From Laetmonice hystrix (taxonomy: Eukaryota), in NCBI GenBank assembly GCA_965235115.1, contig OZ249438.1, positions 31,992,001-32,056,000 of the forward strand: a stretch of 64,000 nt of DNA, in the 5' to 3' direction. Positions within the stretch are counted from its first letter, which is position 1. The number at the start of each line of letters is the position of its first letter. Shown piece by piece: positions 51,209-64,000 of the stretch. The notes beneath the pieces are model-generated. The model ran no database searches. It worked only from the letters and a program-made list of their open reading frames with translations, and was not told the origin of the DNA. Position numbers and translations under genes: made by a program.

Positions 51209-53209
51209 TTACTCCCTGCTTACATACGTTTCCTGCCGCGTTCTGTCTACTCCATGAAGACCTGTGCCTACTTACTGTGTTACCTATATATCTGGTTACC
51301 CGTACCTTCTGTAAACTGACATGTCGTTATTCAGTAAAGGGAATCTCACACTTTGAACATGGTCGGTTCAGTTCATGCTAACCTTTAAACCCTAATGATC
51401 CATCAACCTGAGTGATTGATCCGGCCCACCTGGGGGTGGGGTTGGGAGGGAGGCCCGGCCCAGGCGCCGCACCTGGCCAGGCCTTATGTCACGTCCCTAC
51501 ACCAGGGTGACAAAGTGGGTGAACACCCGTCTATGTGACTGACTTGACGATATTCTTGCCACCGGGCAGATCTCTAAAGATATCCCGTCTCCGTGGGAGC
51601 GCATAGAAATGTTCCTAGTATATCAACTCTATCAGTTTGTGACATAAGGTGGTCTGACTGATAACAACAGGATCCTGTAACAGATAGTTTGGAGCCTCAC
51701 AACGGATCAGACATTCCTAATGAGTTTAATCGTCTCCATGTTTCTCTCTGCCAACGGAAGTCCGTTACGATGTCGTCTACATAATGATGGCTGGCTGGCA
51801 TCCGTAGACGAGAACTCCCAACAATACATGTCGACTCGACCTTGTCGGCTCTGGCGTCATTTTAGGTCACAATAGCCATTTAAGGTCACAATAACTGGGT
51901 TGGAGCCAGGCAACACTTACACTTCACACCTGCCCCTCCCCCATGTGTTGAACGGTGAAATGACACCTCGAACCATTACAACACTGGCTTGGTTCTCTAT
52001 GGATGTCACCATGGTAACGCTGACCAGCCACCGTGATCGACCCTGTCTGGGGTATGGGATGGTTACGTAAGGCGCTGTATGGGCAGTTCCCTGGACTTCC
52101 ATCCCCGGTAACGTTTCGGTGGAGGAGGGGGCGGTAATGGGCGTGTAACGACGGCGACGAGCTGACCGATGGCGCTATAATGACACCCCACATCTCCTAA
52201 TGGGCGCGTCATATTGTCCACTGTCTACGGAGAGCCAGGGATCCCCTTACATAGACGTCCAAGACTTCAGCTGTCACTAAGCATGCACCATACACTGATA
52301 CAATATGACCTAAGTCTGCAACATTGTCCCTTGGTTACACATTACCATACACAATAATGCCACGCGTTCAGGTATTGTACATACGTCAAATAAAGGTCTC
52401 ATTTAGTGAAATTACTACAAAGCATATTAATGTTTGAGGATCTATTTCTGGAGTACAAGACTTCTTAGTTTCTCATACAGAGCACTAAGCATCATAGACA
52501 AAGCTGTTAGTACCAACAGTAATGTTCGCCACATGGGGTTTCCATGGGGGCGTGGTCACAGCTCCTGTCACCAACTGTGACGTAATCCAGATTTTAACTA
52601 CCGATCACGCCCCCTACCGGTGACAATGTCAGTCGTTGGGAGAGCAGCAATGAGGGGCGTCGCTGTCGACTGGCGAGGGTCCTACAGACTATACAGGTCA
52701 CATCTGGGCATAGGGCACTCCTGAATGTAATTTGGTCATATCACCAAGATCTTATACTGTAAAATAGGGTAAACATTAGCCGGCTTCTGTAATGACCAGA
52801 CGTCTGGAATGGCTATATTATGTCTTGGCTGTAAAACACTTCAAGACTGACGGACGCTGGGACCAATTTGACAAATACAGAGGGGCACATGTGGAAAAAA
52901 ACATCAGAAGAAACACTGGATATCCTTTTCAGGGGTTCTTTAAACAAAAGCTGCAATATTGCAGGGAAAATAATGTAGTTGGATTCCAGAAACTCAGTGT
53001 CCTTTTTCATTTTGATCCGACCACTTGGAATCCAACTGGTCAGCAGAGATGGTAGCTTCTCATGCCAGACACCTTCATGACTGACTGTCTGCCACACTGG
53101 TACGGAGAGCCTGGCCATCAGACGATGTTACCATCCGGTGTGACGCCTAGAAACTGATCATGAATGCAGGCCAACAGGTGGTGTGACGTCAGCTGAGTCA
53201 AGTGGTCAC

Positions 53210-53323
53210 CATTCCCATGGGGTTAGAATATCAGGGCCGTTATTGGGGTGGAAGCGCTGGTCATCGTAAACCGTGACAGAATCACTGAACCTGGGGCGGT
53301 CGGCGTGATAGATCCAGCGGACA
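53210..53323 (-). CDS. Candidate 114-nt exon VRWIYHADRPRFSDSVTVYDDQRFHPNNGPDILTPWE, phase 2-2
   Basis: 24 of 37 codons end in G/C, mostly C. Acceptor gagcacacag and donor TG|gtgacc are both only moderate. Confidence 0.3.
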
Positions 53324-55446
53324 CTGTGTGCTCACATCACCGGGAGATGACAGATCTACTGGACACCGTCACATCACCCCATCACATGACAGACCTTTCC
53401 TGTCCTATCAGGTCGGCGTGCATGGCAGACCTGGCGCACAAAGCTGTCGGCTTGGGAGGGGGAGGGAGGGAAGGCCGGGGGACGTGAGGCGTGATGTAAG
53501 CTAAACTCTGCAGGGATGAGGATGTATGTGAGGAGTGTGGATGAGGATGAGATTGAGAGTTGTGTCCTTGCGGTGTGACCCCGGCTACACCCTCCCACCT
53601 TCCGACCAACCCCGGGCCCGCCGTCCGGGCCCCAGTATCCGCTCCCCTACTCCCCTCGTCCACTGTTGCGGACCAGTCCGTTTCCTGGAAGTAATATTAC
53701 TTTATACCTCAATCTCTGCAGTGGATCATTATATACACTCATTTCATCATGTTTCTGCCGCTGTTGATACAATATATCTAAACTTTTCTATGAGGAATAT
53801 AAAAAAAACTTGTTTATGAGCAATGTGGTTATGTATCTAAGGAGACGACCAGACATTCAAAATAGCGCACATACCACAAATATAGGCATCATGCAGTTAT
53901 ATATTATAAAAAACAAACAGATACTGTCATGTTTTCAAATTTATATATCTGTGTAATCACTCTCCTTCACATCTGTTTCCGTTAATGTGTCCGCTATCTG
54001 TGAGACCCTCAAAGTGCCGAGTTTCCTGAGAGTTCACAATCAGCGGGTTGTGTGGTCGCCGCCCGTTTGTTATCATGTGAGCCGAGTTTATTTTGCCTTG
54101 TGACAGGAAGAGCTATGTCCTATGGGGCCATAAGGGCCAAGAGTGGACCACTCACTGGCTTCGTTACATTCTGTAAACCAGGATTCGATTGGCACAGTCC
54201 TAGCCACACGGTTACTTTGACTTCCAGGTTCCGTGTATTTGTACAGGGGTTCAATTGTGATGACAAAATAACTTCTTCATCTGTGTCTGTGGCCCGAGGT
54301 TATTCCTGGATAAGGAGAGTTGGTTCTAGGAAGGGTGACTCCTGGAGGTAGGGTTGGCGGACAGAAGTAAGATTGTTTGAATACCAGATGGGAGATCCTA
54401 AGATGACTTCATGGCTGCGGGTTATCTGGTCCCTTCTCATCCCGTCCGACAGGGACATTAATTGTTAGTTGGTGGGGGTCACTGACATATAGACCCTCCG
54501 GCTCCCTGTACAAATCGACCAGCCTCAACACACGATGCTACAGGCAAAATGCTGCCATACAAAACAGAGATAAGGTTCTTTTGAAATGGAAGCTTGTGTG
54601 CATGTTCGCATGCAGGCAATTATGTTTGTGTTCACATGGGCAATGATCCATTCTTGTTGTATTAGCTAAATTCCGGACAAATAAATCGAAGGCCTGCCTT
54701 AGAAAACTAAAACATGAACTTATTTTGCCATGTGAATTATGTCCCACATGATATTTGTCCGGCCGACAGCTGGTATAACCAGACTTGTCAGAATGTAGCA
54801 GCTAGGACCAGTGATTTCCGTATGTGCACTCTTAAATGCAACCAAAACCCTGCAAAATGGACGCTCCTAATCACGGACTATTCAGGTAAATGTGGCTTGG
54901 GGTACGACGATAACCCAGACAGGTGACCTCATACAAAAAACAATGTAACAAAATAAAAGTACAAATGTAAAATAATCTTGAGCTGATAGGAAAACTCGCC
55001 AGATTTGTTGAATAAAATGACAACCGTTTCCTGTTATTACCTTTATCCGATTTCAGAACAATCTGAGTTAAAAAAGAATCAAGTGCATTCAACTGATCTT
55101 TAAAAAACTTAATAACCTTGTTTTGTTGCGAACTCCTTTCATGCTTATCGTACCCTATGGGGCGTAGAACCACAACAGTCTCAATTCTGATTGCCCGTTG
55201 ACAGTCTCGGGGTGTACAGTTCTCCACGCACCCCTGGCAAACATGACCTTTGAACCGTGAACTTCTGACATGCATATCCACGTATGCATCTCTATGCGAG
55301 CATAGAAGTACATAATTTACCGGCACGCATACAAATAGCGCCCCCTGAAGCCATATTTCACACGTACATTTGACAACACATCACCTTGTGGGGTGGCGTG
55401 AACATGTTGTCAGTGGTTACGGTGGTCTGTGACGTCTGCTCGACGT

Positions 55447-57454
55447 ATGGAGCAGGACTTCAGCAGGTCAAGGGGAGCCGATAAGGCAGAGGAACCCTCA
55501 TGGGCCTCTAGGGGTAAGACTGGGTAATTACAAAGGATTCCGGCCCCACGACAGACTCTGAGAACAGATAAGCAGAGGAGGTGTTCTAGCTGTCAGTCCA
55601 GTTGTCCTGGTATGGACGATAACAACCGGGGCTGACATCCTGGTGGTTGTCCGGGACACAGGACCGCGGACAATGGTAAACAATAACACCGATAATTTCT
55701 ACATTTCTTCCAGGCCGTGCCTGTCGGATGTGCACGCTTTCCTCCAGGCGCGGGGGGGGGGGCGCTGGCTGCCGACCCATGATGAGAGGGGAACTCACAT
55801 GATGGGGACGGTTACGGATGGGTGCTGATTGCTGCTTTCATCTGAGGCAGGATATAAAAAAAAGACTGCTTCCAGGAGCAATTACACCAGCAACGCTAAA
55901 AACACTGTACTGTTATAAGTGTCCCTCCCCCGTGAGATTATTTCTGTCCTACAACATAAACTGAGACTTTCCGAGATCACAGGGCAGAACAAAGTCTTCA
56001 TACCTTTGTTACCTTCATCATGGAAAAGACTGGCGATGTCTTTAAATGGCTTGCGGAAATTAATCACCTATGATATCGCTTGCTCATTTATTGAACGGCC
56101 TTGGGTAATATTTTTTGACATAACGGGAAAAAGTTTCATCCATTACAGCCAGAGCTCCTTTACTCAGCTTGCGTAGAGCAGATTCAAAACTGTGGTTACA
56201 ATACAACAATACCGGCTGTGTCCTGTAGCGATTCCTCCGGTGTCTTTAACCTGATCCTGAAGTGAAAATAACATATCGGTTGGTTTGAAATATCCAGAGG
56301 TGCTCATTTAGGTTTCTGTCGGTTCCCCGTTAGGCACTCTGAATACAGCGTTAGGGTAGTTACAGACACCTGACTGATGGGCCACCGAATTCAGCTTGTC
56401 TTTTTACCCGCGACACTCCTGGGCATTATCAGGCCAATTAACTGAGGTGGCATAGAGCATAGAGCATAGAGCCACTCCGACTGCCTGGAGATAAAGGCGG
56501 ACGTCGGAGCAATGGCAGCTCTGTCTCCGACTACCTGATATCGTGACGAGTGCTCCTCCACCAAACTACGTCCCACTATACCCGACTTACTGCTCTTGTA
56601 GAGTCTCATTACCCCCGCTCATTGTTAACGTCACGCCTCAATGGATTTCCATCAGGTGAGACTGTACGTTCACACATGACTGAATGGGATGTTGGCAGGA
56701 ATAGGAGACACCTTGTTAGCTCGTCACAGGGAGGCGAGCAACGCAACTGATGGCAGTACAATTGGCTCTGTTCTAACACCTGTAGGCCTGTCTCCTGCTG
56801 GACAGGTACTTCATAAGCAGTTCATCCTAAATCAGGTGAAAGCGAAGTCCATTTCGGAGGCCCAGCAGGTGGTAAATGTATTCTGACTAGGACAATAAGT
56901 CATACATGTTCCTCGGAAAGGCCACCTTCTTTCCCACCCATGTCGTTTCCATCACTGGGAACGTAAACGAAATAATGGGTTACTGATGCAAGGAGGGAAG
57001 ATAAAATATATGACCACTAATTTGATGGTGTCGTCTCATGCATACAAATAATTATAGGTAACTATTGGCCGTCTCTCATCGCTGTTATACACACCTACCG
57101 TTTGACAGGATTCGGTTTCAACACATACTCCGGAGGTCTCCAACCTACCAGAACAACGACCGCTTCTTCTCATCTCATCATACATAATCTACTTTGGTAG
57201 TACTTTGATGGGGCGTGAATTATAAGTCATTCACTCACACGAGAAGTGCAGAGAGAGAACATGTACTCCTACACTTAGTATTAGGAGACTACCCTAACAC
57301 ACCCCATCCTCCTGCTGTTGGACATGACGAGTATATTAAAAACGGACTCCTGAGTGTGATCTGCAACATATCCAAGAGGGGTGTTGGAACCTGCACACAA
57401 AACACAGAAATGTTTTTTACCATGCAGGAGAGGGAGGTCCACCTCACTGAATAA
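55447..57454 (+). CDS. Hypothetical 4-exon, 77-aa gene model (55447-55513, 56602-56655, 56786-56871, 57428-57454)
   Basis: All GT-AG with compatible phases (1,1,0); donors gtaaga, gtgaga, gtaaat; AATAAA overlaps the stop; no homology recognised. Confidence 0.25.
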
Positions 57455-59194
57455 ACTGAAGTCTCTAGCCTGATGGCCAATAGATCGTACAACCCCACCA
57501 ATAACCAACACCTCAGTTCAATCATCTCATTAATCCAACTTCGAGATGACGAGTAATAAAACGGCATTATTTCCTGACCCCGACTCCTTGAACACCCCCC
57601 CCCCCACACACACACACACACACATTCCACCAAAATCTGCGTCCAACTTAAATCCTGTACATGGCAAACACGCACGGGGTTCGGGAACGTATAGGAAAAC
57701 AATCAGTGGCACTTTAAGGGGCTCGGATGTGGGAGGGTGAGAGGTGGGGAGAGTGATCCCACGTGTGATCGGGACGTCTCGGGTAATTAGGGCCATTCGG
57801 CACGGCCAGACACCCAACTGGTAAAATAAATGGTGGCAGCCTTCAAAGACAGTAGCAGGACTGTCCCTCACAATGTAACAGTGGCCGGGGGTTGAGGGGG
57901 CCTGGCCGGGGAATGCTTTGATGTGGACGACGATAATCGGACTAGGAGTCGTACTCGTCACCAGCGCCCTCCTCCATACCAGTGGGACACTCATTGGGTG
58001 CGGTCAAACTATAGCGTCCACTCCAGCGGTCTGTCAACTGGCCCCAGGCAACGCCTCACGTGCGTCAAACATGTCCTCCGCCACTTCAACTTCATATTTC
58101 CAATGAAGAGATGAGGGGTCGGAATTTATTGAATTAGCTGGGTTGGCGGGCAAAGATGACCCTGGCGGTCGTCCATGTATTCCTTTGGGGCGACTCATTA
58201 ACTACTGAGACATCGGTTGACCCCCTGTTCAGAAACCCCTGATTTAAAAGAAATTCTTCGGGTTGTTTGAACGATTAGTGTAATTTGAGTTTGGGGATCG
58301 CCTCAGCATGACCCATTTAAACAAAGTGCCTTAGGTGTAGTCGGGTAATCACGCTGCTTCGTTTGATATCTTCGTGTCATCGTCTTATTTTGTGTTTTCA
58401 TGTTAAAGAGACAATAGTTCATGGGTTCGTTTTGATAACTTCCTATTAAATCTAATAAGGCGACCCCAGTCGCAGACCCCTGAATACAGGCGCACCTTTT
58501 AACATCTGCTGATGTGACCCTAAATACCCTCGCCCCGCCCCATGTTGTCCCCTCCTGTCATCCTTGTTTGAAATGATCTCTGATGAGGCAGTAAATGGCC
58601 GCGCCGCATGCAACCCCTGGGCTTTCTCATCAAGCATCTGGTAATGTACAGCACTCGGCTACACTTGCTGCTAAAACACACAAACTGAGATCTACTTTCT
58701 CAATCCTGGTATTTGGGTGGCCGACAAAGAAACGTACAGGATCCGATCCAAAACACACAAACAGAACTTCACTCTGTAACAGGCGACCCCGGAGCGGCCA
58801 CCATAGCTGCCAGACCAGTTGTTTCTGCCGTTGCTCATCAGAGGGCGTTGCACCAGGTGCGTGGCTGGTCGGACTAATGTGGACCCCGTGGTGGATCCAC
58901 GGGGGGCTGAGAACTAAACGTTGGGGCTGGGCCATGGACAGACCGATACATTCCGGGAAGTGTCCTGCCAACCCAGTAAAAATAAACCCGACCCAGATCA
59001 AACGATTTCTAGGATACTGACCCATGAAGTGGCCAGGGACCCCCTCCGTGGAGGGTCATTTGTCATCTTGCTGGGCGGGGTGGGGGCCTGTCAAAATTCT
59101 GCCTCCTTGTGTATGTGAAAACAAGTGAACCAGGAGAGATCGAGCCATGAGGTTAACGACTTTCCAATGGGGCTCCCGGCTGGTGGATTTCCGC

Positions 59195-59737
59195 AGCTTC
59201 ATCAAGCGGATGTTTGCTGTTCCACAGCCTGATGAGGTGGATGGCTGCTGTTTCACAGCCTGATCAAGCGGATGGCTGCAGGTGTTTCACACCCTGAGCA
59301 AGTGGACGTTTGCTGTTTCACACCCTGATCAAGCGGATGTTTGCTGTTTCACAGCCTGATGAAGTGGACGTTTGCTGTTTCACACCCTGATCAAGCGGAT
59401 GCTTGCTGTTTCACACCCTGATCGAGCGGATGCTTGCTGTTTCACACCCTGATCAAGCGAATGTTTGCTGTTTCACACCCTGATCAAGCGAATGTTTGCT
59501 GTTTCACACCCTGATCAAGCGAATGTTTGCTGTTTCACACCCTGATCAAGCGAATGTTTGCTGTTCCACAGCCTGATGAAGTGGATGTTTGCTGTTCCAC
59601 ACCCTGATGAAGTGGATGGCTGCTGTTTCACAGCCTGAAGTGGATGGCTGCTGTTTCACAGCCTGAAGTGGATGGCTGCTGTTCCACAGCCTGATCAAGC
59701 GGATGTTTGCTGTTCCACAGCCTGATCAAGTGGATGG
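59195..59737. repeat. 31-bp minisatellite, about 17 mosaic copies (some 28 bp)
   Basis: Unit CCTGATCAAGCGRATGTTTGCTGTTTCACAC; identical copies centrally, diverged at the edges. Confidence 0.95.
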
Positions 59738-62700
59738 ACTCTGGTTATATCCAATACAATATCTACCTATCACCACGATCTCCCTCTATCAGCCTACAAC
59801 ATATCATCATGCTAACATTAAACATGTGCATAGATAGGACATTTTCTCTTCAGATAATTTAATTAATTAAAAATCCCTCCAGCAATTCCGCACTTTCTGT
59901 CTCACGAACTAAAAATGCTTTATGCACTTGAGACACAGATAATATATCCCGCTCAAATATTGAGGGCATTTGGTACTGGTTTCAGTCCACTTATTACAGG
60001 TAAACAGATCAAAGAACAAATTCAACGGGTATCTAGTATAGGATTGAGATCCTCAATATAAAGCAATTATTTGCTAAGAGCATTCCACGAAACCTGAGAC
60101 ATGCGACAAGACAACAGCAGTATAGAGCTACCAGGAACCTCGATTGAAATCCCTCCGATTTTATACACGGATATCTTCGTGAATCCCCCCCCCCCCCAAC
60201 CCCCAAAGACAATTGTCTTTTCCTTTGTGCCGACGCCAACTGAAGACCAATCAGACCCATCAAATTATCCGGTCCGTGTCTGGGGCTATTGACCACTTCA
60301 AATTCACTGTTTTCCAAGGGGATCAGGTGGAAGCCGACCGCTGAGTGTCCGGCCCCACGGACGGGAGACAACGCCGTCTCCGCCAGTAAACAGTGTGATT
60401 AGGTGGGAGAGGAATGGGTCGGAATTATCGTAACCGTCCTCTAACAGCGTCCAGGCCCTCTAATCTGCGACACACTCATCGGCCGGCGCAGTGGAGCGCG
60501 CCCAATGGGACCAAATTGTGGCTTTTGTCACAACCTGGCCTCGAAGTTATGTTCCCAAGATAACAACACCCAGCACCGCTTCTTTATACAGGTGTGGAAA
60601 TCGACGAAATTGCCACTTTTGATGACATATTTTGTCATTCCTCGACTGTAAAGGCACAACTGATCTTGGCTCCCTATTGAATGCCTGTTGTTGAACCTGT
60701 ACAAGGCCTACTAGAATCCCTTTGTGACTTGCCAAGGACAGTGCAAACGCTCAATATTGAGTGGAAACACGCCCAAATACATTACACATTTTCAGCTGAG
60801 AATATTTACCTCACAAGGAAGGAAAATGGTGGTCGTTAAGATGAATGCCGGCTGTCGAGAAGTTAGAAATATTCTCAAGTTACCAGCACCAAGATAATTA
60901 CTGAATGGAATGTCTTTACACCGGCGTGGTGCTTTTATCATCAGGTTGCTTTGGACGAAAATATCCCTCCAGCATATGTCGTTTATAAATTACCAGAATA
61001 TACATGGTCACGACCGGAGCAGTGGGTTCGGCTCATTACCACGTGTTTATGGAAGCTGACTTATAATACATCACGCTTCAGGAATAACGGGGCCGGACAT
61101 CTATACGTTTGCCATTTTAGTCACTTCCCGTGGAGCAGGCCTATCCAAGTGATCCCGACTATAAACAGTTACATGATATCGACAAGGCCGTATAACCTTT
61201 ACCTTGTAAACACACCTAATTTCTAACTCGGTGTGGACGACATCCAAGGTTGGCGGATATCCAACAGTTTTCTGTTCAGCTGCAAATGACCAGTCACTTC
61301 TCAGCGCAAAATCGTGACAAAAATGTGGACGTCTATACCATGAACGCTTTAACCGATAGCTTTACCCGGCTGCTGCTTTTTACACTGTTCTTTACAATAC
61401 CTGGTAGTTAAATCTCAACAAGTTTTGGCCTTTAGCCCGATTCGTCGAAAACCATACATCTTTCTTTACAATCTTATAGATAAGAAAGTGTTCCCATGTC
61501 TCGGCATGATTTATATCGAGTCACCCGGCCCTCGTTAATACAAATCAAGGCAAGATGATCCGGCTTTGGTATTATCCCGCCTTACGGCTATCTTGTCATT
61601 TGTTAGTTTTATCTCCATTTCAAATCGTTTTGAAACCAATTGATTTTTGTAGATGTTCTGGGTAGAAGGAGCTAAAAGAAGCGAGGTCGTCCGCCCCTCG
61701 TGGCCCGATCCCAAGGTGTCGTCCTGAGGCCCTTGGCCGGTACTTGATGCCAACGTCCTCGACCCTTCCAGTGTGGATCTAGAAATATTGTGTTAATATT
61801 ACCACTTGGAGCGGTCCTACTCGGCCAGTGTTTATTTAAACACAACCCTCAGTAAGTGTCAGTGTGAAAATCCATTAGCTGGCTCCGTATCTGCCTGGAG
61901 GGTGCAGCACCAGGGGTGGAAGATACTGGAGACAGGGTGAAACTCCATACCCCATACTGCTGTTCACCCTCAGGGCCAGGAGCGCTGGGATTTTTCTGCA
62001 TCAATTCATAGACATTGTCAGGGTGGGTAAAACTAATTGGAGGAGTTCCAAGCAAGTGTCAGCTCAGATAGAAAGCCATCACTGATCAGCACTGGCCAAC
62101 ACTGCCCATGTCAGTTTGGCAAAACATGGCCATTATCAGATGTAATTGATACCCACAACCTTCCAGTCCGTTTCAGACCGGGTAGACTGCGCTTAAAAAT
62201 GACATCAATCATCTCGACTGTCTCAATAATGGTATATATGTCGGCGTTTAACATTCACCATTTTGTTCATATCCTTTCTTTTCTGACAAGAGATTAGAGT
62301 AAAAATGTAGCGTATGAATGGATATATTATGCGGCCGATTTGCTCGCCAGCCTGTCTTGCCGCCTTGACGGGGGGAGTGTTGGACTGGACCACTGGGCCT
62401 TAACCCGGGAGATCTTCATCTCCAGCGCCGCGTTGCAGGTCACGCTCGGCTGGCAACAAGTACCAACCGCTATTGCTTCCCGAGCTCAACCACTATGGGG
62501 TGTCTCCACAGAAAATAAACAAACCGAACTACGACAAAGATTACAATCTCTAGTAATCAGAAAAAAGCCTGGCCGCTATTTTTCTATTCCGAGAGAGTAG
62601 AACATGTGCTCTAGAACGGTTCTGTCAATAGGGGCTGGGATCATATATCACTGGGTTGTCTCCGACTGAAAGGGGGGTGCACTATTCAAAGGGGTTTGTA

Positions 62701-64000
62701 CCAGTCAAAGACAGCAGCCGTGACATCGGTGATGCTGGTCACGTCGGCAATGGCTGAGACCGATTGTCAACCGATTGTCTACCTATCGGGCACCGGCAGC
62801 GGTCCATTGTGTTCCCTTCACGGCTGACTACGCCTTTTGTGAAACACCAACATGATATAATTCCCTTGATCCCCCTTCAGTCTTCCCCCTTTTTTCGATC
62901 CACGTTCCTTGACGGCCAAATGCAACGGGCCGTAAGTGGAGTCAGATCGCCATCTTGTTGTTTCTTCATTCTGGGGAGTGTATCCATTGAAAACCCAACA
63001 ACTCACGGTAGATGAAAGTATATTCAGGCTAGTACAACAATAACAGCTGAATCACAGTTCAGACATTGTGATTTACGCTTTACTTTCAAAGCATTGTGGA
63101 TTTTTTCCGCTCTGACATAACTTTGTATTTGAAACTTAACCCAGCATGGAACTGGAATTAGGCAGAAGTTTGAAAGCTATCGATCTGGAGATGTACAATT
63201 GAATTTGTTCTCTACCGCAAAGACTGGACGAATGATTATTGTAATATAATAATCTTTAACATTACTTGCTCCTGTGAGGATTCCAATGGTAAAGTGCTAT
63301 TTGCATGTGTTCATCGCCAGGATTATCCTAGTGCTACCACGTTTAGGTCTACCCGATTACTGTTTCTACTGGCCACCTGTACTAGGACAACAAGGTTTCA
63401 CCCAGCACTTGACAAATACCTGTCCATGATCGATTATTGAATCCGGCCTCGATGATATCAATGATCTTTCATATCGCTGGCCTTGGTTTACTTCTTGTTT
63501 GTTTTATATAGAGTTAGGAAATGGTACCAAAACGTGAATCACATCAGATTTACGGCTGTAGGGGTCAAACAACAATGAAACAACGCCTCCCTTAACGGAT
63601 GTTTTAACATGAAAAACATGGACCTTGACTGAAGACAACTGGCCGACAGCGCATGCACAGCGAAGGTCATGCGGCCGGTCAGTTTCCCCAGGTCATCTTT
63701 TGGCGACAGGTCTAGGCGGGTACCATCAATCGTCATTGGGAGGCGCATGCAATCTCCGACCATCGAAATTACGTATAATTCTAGATTCATTATAATTAGA
63801 AATATATATTGACATCGGTAAAAAAAATGACAAAAGAGCATTATGTGATGCGTGGTGGGTACAGTATGTTGCACTGGTAACAAATTGAAGGACAAAGACT
63901 TCTTCTGATGCATGTGTGTCACTCCTTAAAAATTGTTTGTGACACATGCTTGGGCAAGGCCTATTTCTACGGCTTCTAACTTTCCACGTTGGAAACACTT

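Noticed and set aside
31288-52018. Two consensus X-boxes (31288-31302 and 52005-52018)
   Set aside because: The degenerate consensus is expected about once per window by chance
54871-55326. 151-aa minus-strand ORF
   Set aside because: No recognisable domain or codon bias, and ambiguous splice signals
5141-59737. CRISPR interpretation of the palindromic arrays
   Set aside because: Units are directly adjacent with no unique spacers, and there are no cas-like ORFs in this eukaryotic context

Overview
Eukaryotic genomic DNA, most likely animal; repeat style suggests a marine invertebrate, which is inference only. It is gene-sparse. The two longest ORFs are read-throughs of a tandem repeat, and coding signal is limited to short candidate exons with GT-AG boundaries. 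I could not assign any protein family, so no gene symbols are given. Well-supported features are eight minisatellite arrays (units of 57, 32, 21, 60, 30, 45, 25 and 31 bp, five with built-in palindromes) and several non-autonomous DNA transposons (two with TA target duplications, one of them carrying a nested insert, and a short Kolobok-type element). There are about 20 poly-G/C runs of 10 or more against about one poly-A/T run. No rRNA, tRNA, CRISPR array or intact transposase/RT ORF was seen. Best leads: (1) a convincing minus-strand terminal exon whose UGA-C stop is followed by a hairpin and 68 more open codons, plus a phase-compatible upstream exon with a lone in-frame UGA (readthrough, selenocysteine or decaying gene; no SECIS found by eye); (2) a CpG-rich 25-bp array enclosed by terminal inverted repeats and containing one exactly inverted, in-register unit. 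I cannot claim a new biological system from sequence alone.
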